A stretch of 32,000 bases of DNA from positions 1,890,001 to 1,922,000 of the forward strand of contig NZ_CP007754.1 in NCBI RefSeq assembly GCF_000757865.1. The letters are read 5' to 3'. Made by a program: the position numbers and the translations under genes. The stretch comes from Prochlorococcus sp. MIT 0801 (GTDB lineage: Bacteria > Cyanobacteriota > Cyanobacteriia > PCC-6307 > Cyanobiaceae). Positions 6,734 to 17,745 of the stretch are shown here, in pieces. Under the pieces are notes generated by a model, which was not told the origin of the DNA, did not search any database, and was given only the letters and a program-made list of their open reading frames with translations. The first letter of the stretch is position 1. Every line of letters starts with the position of its first letter.

Positions 6734-7222
6734 TTAATACAAAGTTTTTTCCATCAAATAACGAGAAAAATGCACACCACCTATTTGGATTTCCTCAGGA
6801 GCAATAATTGTCCATCCATGACGTAAAAGCAGTTGATAACTACATAAACTTGCCTCAGTTTTTAAAGTTATTGGCTTATCTGTAAGAGTATCTGCCTCAA
6901 TTTGATGTAATAGAGCCGTAGCATGCCCCTGCCGGGACGAACGCCCTCGGCAATAAAGCAATGCCAAGCGATTATGGGGATATTTTAAAGCAAATGCTTC
7001 AATCGTTTTATCAACACAACTCACCCAGCCCACCCCTTGCTTCAAAGGTTTATCTAAAATCCCAGGAAGATATGCCAAAGCCGACCACGCTTCAATCTGT
7101 TCTTGGCTGTACAAGGATTTATCGCAAGTTCGAATAGCATCTTCATAAACTTCTCTAAGAGCCATTTCATCAAAACTCTCACAAGGTCGCAAATATCGAT
7201 TTAGACTGCTAAATGAAGCCAA
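6734..7222 (-). CDS. GNAT-family N-acetyltransferase
   Basis: 162-aa ORF. It has an acetyl-CoA-binding motif-A-like segment, LLYCRGRSSRQGHATALLHQIE. The track start at 7222 is TTG, and an in-frame ATG (MALREVY) lies 18 codons downstream. The gene is noticeably more GC-rich than its neighbours. Confidence 0.7.
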   Translation of the reverse strand: MASFSSLNRYLRPCESFDEMALREVYEDAIRTCDKSLYSQEQIEAWSALAYLPGILDKPLKQGVGWVSCVDKTIEAFALKYPHNRLALLYCRGRSSRQGHATALLHQIEADTLTDKPITLKTEASLCSYQLLLRHGWTIIAPEEIQIGGVHFSRYLMEKTLY

Positions 7223-7268
7223 GTTCTCTGACAGTATGAGAAGGTGAATAAATTATGAGCTATTTGCA

Positions 7269-8513
7269 TTGAGAAGGCTAAAAATTCCCACCCTTTTAGG
7301 AGCTTTCATCACACTTCTAGATGATCGATTAGGCGAAACCATTGTTTTACCTTTATTACCTTTTTTATTAGAACAATTCACGACAAGCGCGACGACTCTT
7401 GGTTTTTTAACTGGAACTTATGCGATATCTCAGTTTGCTGCAGCCCCACTAATTGGAGCTATGAGTGATCGTTTCGGTCGTAAGCCAATCATGATCACAT
7501 GTGTATCTGGTTCAGTAATAGGAATATGTCTATTTGCATTAACTGTAAGCCTAAATTGGGATAATTATTTACCTTTATGGGCCTCAACTTTACCTTTATC
7601 TTTACTATTTTTAGCAAGAATAATTGATGGTATAAGTGGTGGTACCGCAGCTACTGCTACTACAATACTTGCAGATATATCAACTCCCGAAAATCGCGCA
7701 AAAACCTTTGGATTAATTGGAGTAGCGTTTGGTTTAGGTTTTATTCTTGGGCCAGGCTTAGGAACAGCTCTTGCTAAATTTAGTGTTACTTTACCGGTAT
7801 GGGTGGCCAGCGGATTTGCAATATTTAATCTTATTTTTGTAATTTGGTTTCTACCGGAAACACTGCCCAAAAACAAAAGAAATTTACTACCAAGAAAAAG
7901 AGATTTGAATCCAATTAGTCAGCTACTAGTTGTATTTAAAAACCCCTTAGCTAGAAGACTTTGCTTATCGTTCTTTGTTTTCTTTATGGCATTTAATGGC
8001 TTTACAGCTGTTTTAGTCCTTTATTTAAAAGAAAAATTTGGATGGAGTCCTGAATTATGTAGTGCTGCTTTTATTGTCGTTGGAGTTATTGCGATGATTG
8101 TTCAAGGAGGCCTAATTGGTCCTCTTGTAAAAAGATTTGGGGAGTCGAGATTAACTTTTGCTGGTATTGGCTTTGTAATGACAGGATGCATTCTTTTAAC
8201 GCTCGCCAATATAGACACGTCAATTCCTCTTGTATTTTCTGGCGTCGCAATACTTGCAATGGGAACTGGACTAGTAACTCCTAGTTTAAGAGCACTAATT
8301 TCAAGAAGACTAAGTTCTATTGGTCAAGGAGCAGTATTGGGAAATCTGCAGGGTTTACAAAGTCTGGGAACTTTTCTTGGAGCAATAGCAGCAGGACGGT
8401 CATATGATCTTTTGGGTCCAAGAAGTCCATTCTTTGGCACAATATTGCTTCTACTATTTGTTATGTTTTTAATTTCAGGGAAAAGTCTTACCAAGAAAAA
8501 AGTAATCTCCTAG
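7269..8513 (+). CDS. major facilitator superfamily transporter (drug/H+ antiporter-like, 12 TM)
   Basis: 414-aa hydrophobic ORF with MFS motif A (GAMSDRFGRKPIM). It has a TTG start at 7269 and there is no in-frame ATG close by. Confidence 0.85.
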   Translation: MRRLKIPTLLGAFITLLDDRLGETIVLPLLPFLLEQFTTSATTLGFLTGTYAISQFAAAPLIGAMSDRFGRKPIMITCVSGSVIGICLFALTVSLNWDNYLPLWASTLPLSLLFLARIIDGISGGTAATATTILADISTPENRAKTFGLIGVAFGLGFILGPGLGTALAKFSVTLPVWVASGFAIFNLIFVIWFLPETLPKNKRNLLPRKRDLNPISQLLVVFKNPLARRLCLSFFVFFMAFNGFTAVLVLYLKEKFGWSPELCSAAFIVVGVIAMIVQGGLIGPLVKRFGESRLTFAGIGFVMTGCILLTLANIDTSIPLVFSGVAILAMGTGLVTPSLRALISRRLSSIGQGAVLGNLQGLQSLGTFLGAIAAGRSYDLLGPRSPFFGTILLLLFVMFLISGKSLTKKKVIS

Positions 8514-8573
8514 ACTAATAGATGATCAAGATATTAAAGTAATAATTAGAAATTGAATAAATTGGTTATAGAT

Positions 8574-10703
8574 ATGACTAGTCCAAAAATCAATAATGAA
8601 ACTTATATTAATCGTGAACTCAGTTGGATAGATTTTAACAAACGTGTTTTAGAACTTGCTACAGAAGAGGAAACGCCATTACTAGAAAAAATTAAATTCA
8701 GTTCAATTTTTAGCAATAATTTAGACGAATTTTTTATGGTTAGAGTTGCTTCATTAAAATCACAAGTAGAAGGTGGAATCTCAAAAAGAAGCCAAGATGG
8801 AAAATCACCTGAAGAACAACTTATCGGAATTCGAAATTATTTAGACCCTATTTTAAAGACGCAGCAATATAAAACAAAACAATATATTGAAGATGACTTT
8901 AAAAAAGAGAATATATTTATTCTTGAATATAAAGAATTAAATGAAAGACAAAAAGTTTGGATAAATAATTATTTTACAACTGCAATTTTTCCGATACTAA
9001 CTCCCTTAGCCGTTGACCCTTCTCATCCATTCCCATTTATAAGTAATCTTAGTTTAAATTTAGCTGCAATTATCGTCGATAGTGAATCAGATAAAGAGCA
9101 ATTTACCCGCATAAAAATTCCTGGAGAGAGTATTTCCAGATTTATAAGTATTCCAATTGAACTACATAATAATGAATCAACAAAATACACAGGAATAGCG
9201 ATTGAACAAATCATTGCAAATAATCTGTCCATGCTTTTCCCTGGAATGAGTGTTAAAGAATATTCATTCTTTCGCGTTACAAGAGATGCTGATCTAGAGC
9301 TTCGAGACCTTGAAGCTGATGATTTAATGAGTGCTCTAGAAGAAGGTTTACGCAAGCGTCGCAAAGGAGGTGAAGTAGTCAGGCTAGAAGTCTCTACAAA
9401 TACGCCAAAAGTGATTCTTGATCTTTTGCAAGAAGGGATGAATATTGACAAAGAAAACTTATATCAAATTGAGGGGTTACTAGCATTAGATGAATTAATA
9501 GAATTAACTAATTTCAATCTTCCTAAATTAAAATTTAGGGAGCATCAAGGCGTTACTCATAATTCACTCAAAAATAGTCAATTACGAGAACAAGAAGAAT
9601 TAGATACAAGAAATAACAGCAATTTTAAAAGTATATTCTCCATTATTCGCCGTAGTGATTTACTAGTTCATCACCCATACAATCTATTCTCAACATCAGT
9701 CGAAGAGTTTATTAATCAAGCCGCGGAAGATAAGCAAGTCATGGGAATCAAAATGACCTTGTATAGAATTTCCAAAGACTCTTTAATTATTGATGCCCTA
9801 ATAAGAGCTGCTGAGAAAGGAAAGCAAGTCATGGCTCTAGTTGAACTAAAAGCAAGATTTGATGAAGATAATAATATCCAATGGGCAAAACAATTAGAGC
9901 AAGCTGGAGTGCATGTTGTCTATGGAGTCATTGGACTAAAAACTCATACAAAAATCGCTTTGATTATAAGAAAAGAAAAAAACAGATTAAGAACATACTT
10001 TCATATTGGGACTGGTAATTATAATTCGAAAACGTCTAAAACATATACAGATTTTGGCTTACTGTCTTGTCAACCTGAACTTGGTCAAGATCTTATTGAA
10101 CTATTTAATTATCTGACTGGATTTGCTAAACAACAATCCTACAGAAAATTATTAGTTGCACCGGTAACTCTTAGAAGTGGAATAGAAAAACTAATAAAAA
10201 GAGAAATCAATTATGCAAAAAATGGCTTACCAGCAAAGATAATAGCCAAGATGAACTCCCTAGTTGATCCAGAAATCATAAAATTACTTTATCTAGCATC
10301 ACAGGAAGGAGTAAAAATTGAACTTATAATTAGAGGAATGTGCTGCCTATATCCTCAGAAAAAAGGCTTAAGCGAAAATATAAAAGTAACAAGCATTATT
10401 GGTAGATTTTTAGAGCATTCAAGAATCTTTTGGTTTAATAACGATGGAGATGCAGAAGTATTTATTGGTAGTGCTGATTGGATGAGGCGTAATTTGGATA
10501 GAAGAGTTGAAGCAGTTACACCTATTGAGGACAATAAGATTAAAAAAGAAATTAAACATTTATTAGATTCTTATTTAGAACCAAATAAAGACTCTTGGAA
10601 CATGCAAAGTGATGGAAGCTATACCAAGAATCAAATTTTGAATGATAAGAAAAAATATATTCAAGAAAAAATTATTAAGCTATACAAAAAAGAAGAACAT
10701 TAA
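8574..10703 (+). CDS. ppk: polyphosphate kinase 1
   Basis: The ORF track starts at TTG 8553. The in-frame ATG at 8574 gives MTSPKINNETYINRELSWIDFNKRVLELA, which aligns with the PPK1 N-terminus. It has the phosphohistidine region GLKTHTKIALIIR and two C-terminal PLD-like domains. Confidence 0.92.
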   Translation: MTSPKINNETYINRELSWIDFNKRVLELATEEETPLLEKIKFSSIFSNNLDEFFMVRVASLKSQVEGGISKRSQDGKSPEEQLIGIRNYLDPILKTQQYKTKQYIEDDFKKENIFILEYKELNERQKVWINNYFTTAIFPILTPLAVDPSHPFPFISNLSLNLAAIIVDSESDKEQFTRIKIPGESISRFISIPIELHNNESTKYTGIAIEQIIANNLSMLFPGMSVKEYSFFRVTRDADLELRDLEADDLMSALEEGLRKRRKGGEVVRLEVSTNTPKVILDLLQEGMNIDKENLYQIEGLLALDELIELTNFNLPKLKFREHQGVTHNSLKNSQLREQEELDTRNNSNFKSIFSIIRRSDLLVHHPYNLFSTSVEEFINQAAEDKQVMGIKMTLYRISKDSLIIDALIRAAEKGKQVMALVELKARFDEDNNIQWAKQLEQAGVHVVYGVIGLKTHTKIALIIRKEKNRLRTYFHIGTGNYNSKTSKTYTDFGLLSCQPELGQDLIELFNYLTGFAKQQSYRKLLVAPVTLRSGIEKLIKREINYAKNGLPAKIIAKMNSLVDPEIIKLLYLASQEGVKIELIIRGMCCLYPQKKGLSENIKVTSIIGRFLEHSRIFWFNNDGDAEVFIGSADWMRRNLDRRVEAVTPIEDNKIKKEIKHLLDSYLEPNKDSWNMQSDGSYTKNQILNDKKKYIQEKIIKLYKKEEH

Positions 10704-10854
10704 AAAATTTTCATAGCTTTTTTAAACATTGCATCTATTTTTTTGATGCGCTTTATACCTAATTAGGCAAAAAATCATAAATTTTTCGTTTCAATTAGTC
10801 AACTTCTCCTTATAAGTGCTAACTTCTTAATAAATCTAATTTCAAGAGGCCAGG

Positions 10855-11880
10855 GTGATGGGGATCCCGCTGGAATCTGCCAAGGAAATTTCTGATGTTT
10901 CATCAGGAAAATCTAATTCGGCAAGAACAAGTCAAAAACTATCTACATCAAATGTAAGTAGTCAAAAATCTCGAAGTTCTAGAAGACAAAGTAATCGTTT
11001 AGCTACTGATGCAATAGGTTTCTATCTAACAAGTATCGGTAGAGTCCCACTTCTCACTCCTGCAGAAGAAATTGAGCTTGCTCATCATGTTCAACAAATG
11101 AAAGATTTGTTGAACCTTCCTCTTGAACAACGCTCTACCCGTCAGAAACACAAAATAAAAATGGGTAAACGGGCAAGAGATCGCATGATGGCTGCAAATC
11201 TTAGACTTGTTGTAAGTGTTGCAAAAAAGTATCAAAACCAAGGTCTCGAATTACTCGATTTAGTTCAAGAAGGTGCCATTGGATTAGAAAGAGCTGTTGA
11301 TAAATTTGATCCTGCAATGGGTTATAAATTCTCAACCTATGCTTACTGGTGGATAAGACAAGGGATGACTCGTGCCATAGATAACAGTGCTAGAACTATT
11401 CGACTGCCAATACATATCAGCGAAAAACTTTCAAAAATGCGCCGTATATCGCGTGAATTATCTCATCGATTTGGTAGACAACCAAATCGACTCGAGTTGG
11501 CAAACGCGATGGGAATTGAACCTCAGGATTTAGAAGATCTAGTGTCTCAAAGCGCGCCATGTGCATCTCTTGATGCTCATGCAAGAGGAGAAGAAGATCG
11601 TAGTACTCTTGGAGAACTCATCCCAGACCCAAATTCTGATGAGCCCATGGAAGGGATGGATAGAAGTATTCAAAAAGAACACCTCGGAGGCTGGTTATCT
11701 CAATTAAATGAAAGAGAGCAAAAAATCATGAGACTTCGCTTTGGCCTTGATGGAGAAGAACCACTTACTCTTGCTGAAATTGGAAGACAAATAAATGTTT
11801 CTAGAGAGCGCGTAAGACAACTTGAGGCCAAAGCAATTTTAAAATTGAGAGTAATGACTACTCATCAAAACGCTGCCTAA
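10855..11880 (+). CDS. RNA polymerase sigma-70 family factor (group 1/2 type, probably a group 2 paralog)
   Basis: 341 aa. Region 2 is DLVQEGAIGLERAVDKFDPAMGYKFSTYAYWWIRQGMTRAI. The region 4.2 HTH is TLAEIGRQINVSRERVRQLEAKAILKLR. It starts GTG at 10855 with an ATG at 10858. Confidence 0.9.
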   Translation: MMGIPLESAKEISDVSSGKSNSARTSQKLSTSNVSSQKSRSSRRQSNRLATDAIGFYLTSIGRVPLLTPAEEIELAHHVQQMKDLLNLPLEQRSTRQKHKIKMGKRARDRMMAANLRLVVSVAKKYQNQGLELLDLVQEGAIGLERAVDKFDPAMGYKFSTYAYWWIRQGMTRAIDNSARTIRLPIHISEKLSKMRRISRELSHRFGRQPNRLELANAMGIEPQDLEDLVSQSAPCASLDAHARGEEDRSTLGELIPDPNSDEPMEGMDRSIQKEHLGGWLSQLNEREQKIMRLRFGLDGEEPLTLAEIGRQINVSRERVRQLEAKAILKLRVMTTHQNAA

Positions 11881-11883
11881 ACA

Positions 11884-12537
11884 TTGCCCATTCAAATAGC
11901 TGTTTTTGTTATTGCTTTATGGATAATTATAATTTTATTGATTGCATTTTTATGTAAGAGATATTTTCCTAAAAAAGAGGAGTTAAGAAGAAAAATTATT
12001 CATATCGGAACAGGGCCCGTAATTCTTTTAGCTTGGTTATTTGATATCCCACAAAACATAGCTTTCTTATCTGCATTATTTATCACCATAGCCTTAGGAA
12101 TTAATTATCAATATCGTTTATTACCTGCCATTGAAGATATCGAGAGAAAAAGTTTTGGAACAATTGCATATGGCATCAGTATCACACTTTTACTTCTACT
12201 ATTCTGGCCTCGCTACGCATCATCTATTTCCATAGGAGTCCTATCAATGGCTTTTGGTGATGGATTAGCAGGTTTAATCGGAAGATCTATTAAATCTCCA
12301 AAATGGTCAGTACTGGGTCAAACAAAATCGATTGTTGGAACATTGACAATGGCGTCAGTAGTAGCCATAACTACTTCAATTATCTCTTCAACTAATAATT
12401 TAGGCATACAACCCCTAGAAGTTTTAGTCATATCACTTCTAGCAACTTTTTTAGAACAAATAAGTCCTTGGGGAATTGACAATCTAACTGTTCCTATTGG
12501 AGTAACTTGTATTGGAATATGGTTAGTAGGAATATAA
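11884..12537 (+). CDS. CTP-dependent polyprenol/phytol kinase family membrane protein (VTE5/dolichol kinase-like)
   Basis: 217-aa multi-TM ORF. It has an RKIIHIGTGPV motif and C-terminal DNLTVPIG, typical of the phytol kinase/CDS-like family. It has a TTG start 4 nt after the sigma gene stop. Confidence 0.55.
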   Translation: MPIQIAVFVIALWIIIILLIAFLCKRYFPKKEELRRKIIHIGTGPVILLAWLFDIPQNIAFLSALFITIALGINYQYRLLPAIEDIERKSFGTIAYGISITLLLLLFWPRYASSISIGVLSMAFGDGLAGLIGRSIKSPKWSVLGQTKSIVGTLTMASVVAITTSIISSTNNLGIQPLEVLVISLLATFLEQISPWGIDNLTVPIGVTCIGIWLVGI

Positions 12538-12551
12538 ACAACTAACTACAT

Positions 12552-13622
12552 TTATTTAACCGATGCAGCTAGTTCCTCTAATAAAATTTCAGTTGTAGAA
12601 AAGTTTATGCATGCATCCGTAACACTTTGCCCATAGGTAAGTTTTGACAAATCTGAATTTAATTTCTGATTACCCTCCACAAGATGACTTTCTATCATTA
12701 CACCCATTACATTCTTTGATCCACCTTTAATCTGTGATGCTACATCTCTTAAAACTTCTGATTGTCTACGAAAATCTTTATTGGAATTACCATGACTACA
12801 ATCAACCATAACTTTTCCAAGCATCTTAAATTGTTCTAACTCATCCACAATTAAACTAATTGCATCGAGATGGTAATTAGTTCCATTTTTACCACCTCTT
12901 AAAACAAGATGTCCATTTGGATTACCTGTAGTACTCACTATTGAAGCGTGACCATCATTATTAATTCCTAAAAAATGATGAGGCTTTGAAGCCGCTTGCA
13001 TTGCATTAATCGCTATCGTTGCTGTCCCGTCAGTACCATTCTTATAACCAACAGGCATTGATAATCCAGACGCCATTTCACGATGAGTCTGACTCTCTGT
13101 CGTTCTTGCTCCAATAGCAGTCCAACTAATTAAATCAGCAATATATTGAGGAACAACTGGATCAAGTAATTCAGTTGCAGCCGGCATTCCTGCTTTCGCT
13201 AAATCAAGCAATAGACCTCTTGCCTTTCTTAAACCAGTATTAATATCGTAAGAATCATCAAGATGAGGGTCATTAATAAGTCCTTTCCAACCAACTGTTG
13301 TGCGTGGTTTCTCAAAATAAACACGCATAACAATTTCAAGCTTTTGCCTATATCTCTCCCTCAATGGAGCTAAACGCTTTGCATATTCAATAGCAGCATC
13401 AACATCATGAACCGAACACGGTCCAACAATAACCAAAATTCTTGGATCATTACCATGAAGAATTGATTGAATCTTGTTTCGAGTAGAAGAGACAACTCCA
13501 GAGGCTGCCTTATCTAGAGGCAAATCTCTATGAAGTAATGCTGGTGACATTAATGGACGAGTCTCGACCACATTAAGGTCAGAGGTGCTATCCACCATTG
13601 AAAAATATGATGAGGTGGACAT
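12552..13622 (-). CDS. aroG: 3-deoxy-7-phosphoheptulonate (DAHP) synthase, class I
   Basis: 356 aa. It is nearly collinear with E. coli AroG as I recall it, for example IVGPCSVHD, VYFEKPRTTVGWKGLINDPHLD, IGARTTESQTHREMASGLSMPVGYKNGTDG and ESHLVEGNQ. Confidence 0.93.
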   Translation of the reverse strand: MSTSSYFSMVDSTSDLNVVETRPLMSPALLHRDLPLDKAASGVVSSTRNKIQSILHGNDPRILVIVGPCSVHDVDAAIEYAKRLAPLRERYRQKLEIVMRVYFEKPRTTVGWKGLINDPHLDDSYDINTGLRKARGLLLDLAKAGMPAATELLDPVVPQYIADLISWTAIGARTTESQTHREMASGLSMPVGYKNGTDGTATIAINAMQAASKPHHFLGINNDGHASIVSTTGNPNGHLVLRGGKNGTNYHLDAISLIVDELEQFKMLGKVMVDCSHGNSNKDFRRQSEVLRDVASQIKGGSKNVMGVMIESHLVEGNQKLNSDLSKLTYGQSVTDACINFSTTEILLEELAASVK

Positions 13623-13775
13623 TTAAAGCGTGATCATAGATATAAGATTAGAGAAGTATCAGTCATAGGGGGGTAATAAGTTGCATTATCTGAATGTTTG
13701 TTCAAGAAACATGAGGTTGTAAACAATGAAAACAAAAGGCTCTCACTCAAATACATTCTCTGTTGAGATTTAAAA

Positions 13776-16376
13776 ATGCTAAAAGATTACTTATCACATG
13801 TTGCAGCAAGAGAAGCGTTGGGGATCCCTCCACTTCCTTTAGATGCAAAACAGACTCAAATTTTAACAGAGTTATTAGAAAAACCAGATCAAGAAATCGA
13901 TCAAAACTTCTTACTTGATCTTCTTGTTAATCGAATTCCTCCCGGAGTTGATCAAGCCTCTTATGTCAAAGCGACTTGGCTTAGCTCAATTGCTCAAGAA
14001 GAGTCAAAAAGTCCGTTAGTAAATCCTCTAAGAGCAACTGAGCTTTTAGGTACAATGATTGGCGGATATAATGTAGCAGCGTTAATTGAAATACTAAAAT
14101 CTGATAATAAAGAATTAGCAACCTCAGCCTGTCAAGCATTGAGTAATACCCTTTTAGTTTATGACGCTTTAAACGACATTTTAGAATTAGCTAACACTAA
14201 TATTTATGCAAAAAAAGTTATTAATAGCTGGTCCAATGGAGAATGGTTCACTAATAAACAACCCTTAGCTCAAGAAATAACAGTAACAGTATTTAAAGTT
14301 GAAGGAGAAACAAATACAGACGACCTCTCTCCAGCAACTCATGCCACAACAAGACCAGATATTCCTTTACATGCTCTAGCGATGCTAGAGACTCGAGATC
14401 CAAATGGTTTAAGCACTATTGAAGAATTAAAAAAGAAAGGATATCCAATCGCATATGTTGGCGATGTCGTTGGAACAGGAAGCTCTAGAAAGTCAGCAAT
14501 TAACTCAGTCCTTTGGCATACAGGACAAGACATACCGTACGTGCCTAATAAAAGAGGGAGTGGGGTTGTAATAGGAGGGAAAATTGCTCCTATTTTCTTT
14601 AATACTGCTGAAGATTCAGGTGCACTTCCAATTGAATGCGATGTAAGCAATCTCAAAACAGGTGATGTAATTACTATTTTTCCTTACAAAGGAGAAGTGA
14701 GAAGAAGTAAAAATGAGGCAAATAGTGGAGAACTTTTATCAAAATTTGTCTTAAAACCACAAACTATTACTGATGAAGTAAGAGCAGGTGGGCGAATTCC
14801 TTTAATGATTGGAAGAGCTTTGACAGACAAAGTTAGAACAAAATTAAAACTTCCTCCCTCTACTCTGTTTATTCGTCCTGGTCAGCCACCTGCATCAAAG
14901 TATGGGTTTACACAAGCTCAAAAAATGGTTGGAAAAGCTTGCGGTTTAGAAGGCGTGCTCCCTGGTGCAAGTTGTGAGCCAATAATGACAACAGTCGGTA
15001 GTCAAGACACTACTGGTCCGATGACCAGAGATGAAATGAAAGAATTAGCGTGTTTAGGATTTTCTGCTGATTTAGTTATGCAGAGTTTCTGTCATACGGC
15101 AGCATATCCCAAGCCTGTTGATATTAAAACTCAAAAAGAACTCCCTGATTTTTTTGCTGAAAGAGGAGGGATAGCATTAAAACCCGGTGATGGAATTATT
15201 CACAGTTGGCTAAACAGGATGCTTTTGCCGGACACAGTCGGGACAGGTGGCGATAGTCATACACGATTCCCGTTAGGCATCTCATTTCCAGGAGGTTCGG
15301 GAGTGGTGGCATTTGCGGCAGCCATTGGTTCCATGCCTTTAGATATGCCGGAGTCAGTTCTTGTTCGTTTTAAAGGGTCTTTACAAACTGGCGTCACCTT
15401 AAGAGATGTAGTTAATGCCATTCCCTGGATGGCCATACAACAAGGTCTTCTGACCGTCGCAAAAGCAAACAAAGTTAATGTGTTCAATGGAAAGATACTA
15501 GAAATTGAAGGTCTACCAAACCTAAAATTAGAGCAAGCCTTTGAATTGACTGATGCAAGTGCAGAAAGATCTTGCGCCGGATGTACTATTCAACTGTCTG
15601 AATCAACAATCAGTGAATATTTAAAAAGCAATATTGTTTTACTTAAAAATATGATTGCTAGGGGATATAAAGACGCACGAACAATAAGTAGAAGAATTAT
15701 AGAAATGGAAGATTGGTTAAAAAAACCAAATTTACTATCAGCCGACTCAAATGCTCAATACTCAGAAACAATCGAAATAGACTTGAACGAACTCAAAGAA
15801 CCTGTTTTAGCTTGTCCTAATGATCCTGATAACGTCAAACTTTTAAGTGAAGTCGCAGGCACTCCCATTCAAGAGGTTTTCATTGGTTCGTGTATGACCA
15901 ATATCGGTCATTATCGAGCCGCTGCAAAAATTCTCGAAGGAGAGGGGAAGATATCAGCACGATTATGGGTGTGTCCGCCAACACGAATGGACGAAGAAAT
16001 TTTGAAAAAAGAAGGATACTACGAGATTTTTGCAAAAGCCGGTAGCCGAATGGAAATGCCTGGTTGTTCTCTATGCATGGGCAATCAAGCTCGTGTAGAA
16101 GATAATTCAACTGTTTTCTCAACAAGTACAAGAAATTTCAACAACAGATTAGGGAAAGGAGCTCAAGTGTTCTTAGGAAGTGCAGAATTGGCTGCTGTAT
16201 GCGCTTTGTTAGGTCATATCCCTACACCTGATGAATATCTTGCAATAGCTTCCAAAAAAATTTCACCAATAACTGATGAAATTTACAGATACTTAAACTT
16301 TAATGAAATACCAAACTTTATCGAAGATGGTCGTGTAATAACAAAAGAAGAAGAGGCCTCTATTTTACAAACCTAA
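13776..16376 (+). CDS. acnB: aconitate hydratase B (bifunctional aconitase 2 / 2-methylisocitrate dehydratase)
   Basis: 866 aa. It has an AcnB-specific N-terminal HEAT-like domain plus a swivel domain, followed by catalytic domains with Fe-S ligand cysteines ([16 protein letters not shown]). Confidence 0.93.
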   Translation: MLKDYLSHVAAREALGIPPLPLDAKQTQILTELLEKPDQEIDQNFLLDLLVNRIPPGVDQASYVKATWLSSIAQEESKSPLVNPLRATELLGTMIGGYNVAALIEILKSDNKELATSACQALSNTLLVYDALNDILELANTNIYAKKVINSWSNGEWFTNKQPLAQEITVTVFKVEGETNTDDLSPATHATTRPDIPLHALAMLETRDPNGLSTIEELKKKGYPIAYVGDVVGTGSSRKSAINSVLWHTGQDIPYVPNKRGSGVVIGGKIAPIFFNTAEDSGALPIECDVSNLKTGDVITIFPYKGEVRRSKNEANSGELLSKFVLKPQTITDEVRAGGRIPLMIGRALTDKVRTKLKLPPSTLFIRPGQPPASKYGFTQAQKMVGKACGLEGVLPGASCEPIMTTVGSQDTTGPMTRDEMKELACLGFSADLVMQSFCHTAAYPKPVDIKTQKELPDFFAERGGIALKPGDGIIHSWLNRMLLPDTVGTGGDSHTRFPLGISFPGGSGVVAFAAAIGSMPLDMPESVLVRFKGSLQTGVTLRDVVNAIPWMAIQQGLLTVAKANKVNVFNGKILEIEGLPNLKLEQAFELTDASAERSCAGCTIQLSESTISEYLKSNIVLLKNMIARGYKDARTISRRIIEMEDWLKKPNLLSADSNAQYSETIEIDLNELKEPVLACPNDPDNVKLLSEVAGTPIQEVFIGSCMTNIGHYRAAAKILEGEGKISARLWVCPPTRMDEEILKKEGYYEIFAKAGSRMEMPGCSLCMGNQARVEDNSTVFSTSTRNFNNRLGKGAQVFLGSAELAAVCALLGHIPTPDEYLAIASKKISPITDEIYRYLNFNEIPNFIEDGRVITKEEEASILQT

Positions 16377-16386
16377 ATTGAGTTAA

Positions 16387-17745
16387 ATGATCAAAAGTAA
16401 AAGTCAAATTCCAATACAAAAAAAATCAACTCAAAGCATAAAAAAACTTCTTCAAAGGAAATGGCTAAATGTAATTCTTGCTCTCATACTTACAGGTTTA
16501 GGAGCAGCATTAACGGGAATATTATTTAAAACTGGAATTCATGCATTAGAAGATTATCGATCAAATCTTCTTGTATTTATGCCTAGATGGATAGTTTTAC
16601 CAATACTAGGAGTATTAGGAGGCTTAGTTTCTGGATCGCTCATTCAAAATTTTGCCCCTGCAGCAAAAGGAGCGGGCGTAAGTCACATCATTGCTTTCCT
16701 TCGCCATAAGCCAGTCCCCATGGGATTAAGAGTTGGAATAGTAAAACTGTTTGCTGGAATTATTGCTATTGGAAGTGGATTTCCGCTAGGCCCAGAAGGC
16801 CCAGCAGTACAAATGGGAGGATCTGTTGCCTGGAAAATGGCGAAATGGCTAAAAGCCCCTATTTCATTTCGCAGAGTCATAGTTGCAGCAGGCGGAGGAG
16901 CTGGAATTGCAGCAATTTTTAGTGCACCTATTGGAGGCTTTGTCTATGCAATTGAAGAACTTCTAAATTCAGCAAGACCAGTCGTCCTCTTACTAGTAGT
17001 AGTAACAACTTTCTGGGCTGATAGTTGTGCTGATATCTTGCAAGCGATTGGACTAGATCAAAAAGCTGGTGGATTTATTAATAATTTAGGTTTTCAACTA
17101 GAGAGAGCATACACACCAGTAATCGAATTCTTTCCAATAGATTTTTTATACCTAATATTTTTGGGAATTATATTAGGATTTTTAGCAGAAATGTATTGCC
17201 GATATGTTTTAAAAATGCAAGTTCTGGGAAATAAATGGTTTAAAAATAAAACGATTGAAAGAATGAGTTTATCGGGTTTTTTGCTTGGTACTATGTATTC
17301 AATTATTCCGGAAAATTTTCACAATATCGAAGGATTACAAAAAATTATTGTTAATGAAAGTAGCAGTTTCACACTTGCAATAAGTATATTTTTTGTTTTA
17401 TTCTTTGCCTCTGGCCTTGCTGCTGCTTCAGGCGCACCAGGTGGTTTGTTTTATCCAATGCTTACCTTGGGCGGAGCGATAGGGTTAGCAAGTGGTATTG
17501 GAGTAGAAACAATAACTGGCCATGTTCCAACAACCTATATTTTTGCAGGAATGGGGGGATTCGTAGCTGGATGCTCAAGAACCCCTTTAACAGCAATGTT
17601 TTTAGCCTTCGCATTAACTAAAAATCTTTTAATACTAAAGCCACTCTTAATTACATGTATAGCTAGCTTTTTAACTGCGAGAATATTTAATGAACACTCA
17701 ATTTATGAAAGACAAATTACAATTGAAGAAGGAGAATTAATTTAA
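16387..17745 (+). CDS. ClC-family voltage-gated chloride channel / Cl-/H+ antiporter
   Basis: 452-aa polytopic ORF with ClC selectivity-filter-like motifs (GSGFPLGPEGP, GGFVYAIEE, GAPGGLFYP). Confidence 0.85.
   Translation: MIKSKSQIPIQKKSTQSIKKLLQRKWLNVILALILTGLGAALTGILFKTGIHALEDYRSNLLVFMPRWIVLPILGVLGGLVSGSLIQNFAPAAKGAGVSHIIAFLRHKPVPMGLRVGIVKLFAGIIAIGSGFPLGPEGPAVQMGGSVAWKMAKWLKAPISFRRVIVAAGGGAGIAAIFSAPIGGFVYAIEELLNSARPVVLLLVVVTTFWADSCADILQAIGLDQKAGGFINNLGFQLERAYTPVIEFFPIDFLYLIFLGIILGFLAEMYCRYVLKMQVLGNKWFKNKTIERMSLSGFLLGTMYSIIPENFHNIEGLQKIIVNESSSFTLAISIFFVLFFASGLAAASGAPGGLFYPMLTLGGAIGLASGIGVETITGHVPTTYIFAGMGGFVAGCSRTPLTAMFLAFALTKNLLILKPLLITCIASFLTARIFNEHSIYERQITIEEGELI

Noticed and set aside
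10731-10749. A small hairpin (gcatc / gatgc, 9-nt U-rich loop) lies after ppk and could be a terminator.
   Set aside because: The stem is only 5 bp and the loop is large, which is too weak to call. No better structure was found downstream of ppk.
13726-13773. A 15-codon upstream ORF ([15 protein letters not shown]) ends 2 nt before the acnB ATG.
   Set aside because: Short ATG...TAA frames are expected by chance in AT-rich spacers. There is no SD sequence, no attenuator-like codon bias and no accompanying structure that I could see.
7565-16880. Shadow ORFs 7565-7876, 9023-9451, 11026-11241, 14339-14656, 15257-15487, 15880-16131 and 16683-16880.
   Set aside because: Each is fully embedded antisense in a well-supported gene (MFS, ppk, sigma, acnB, ClC), and none has any recognisable motif.
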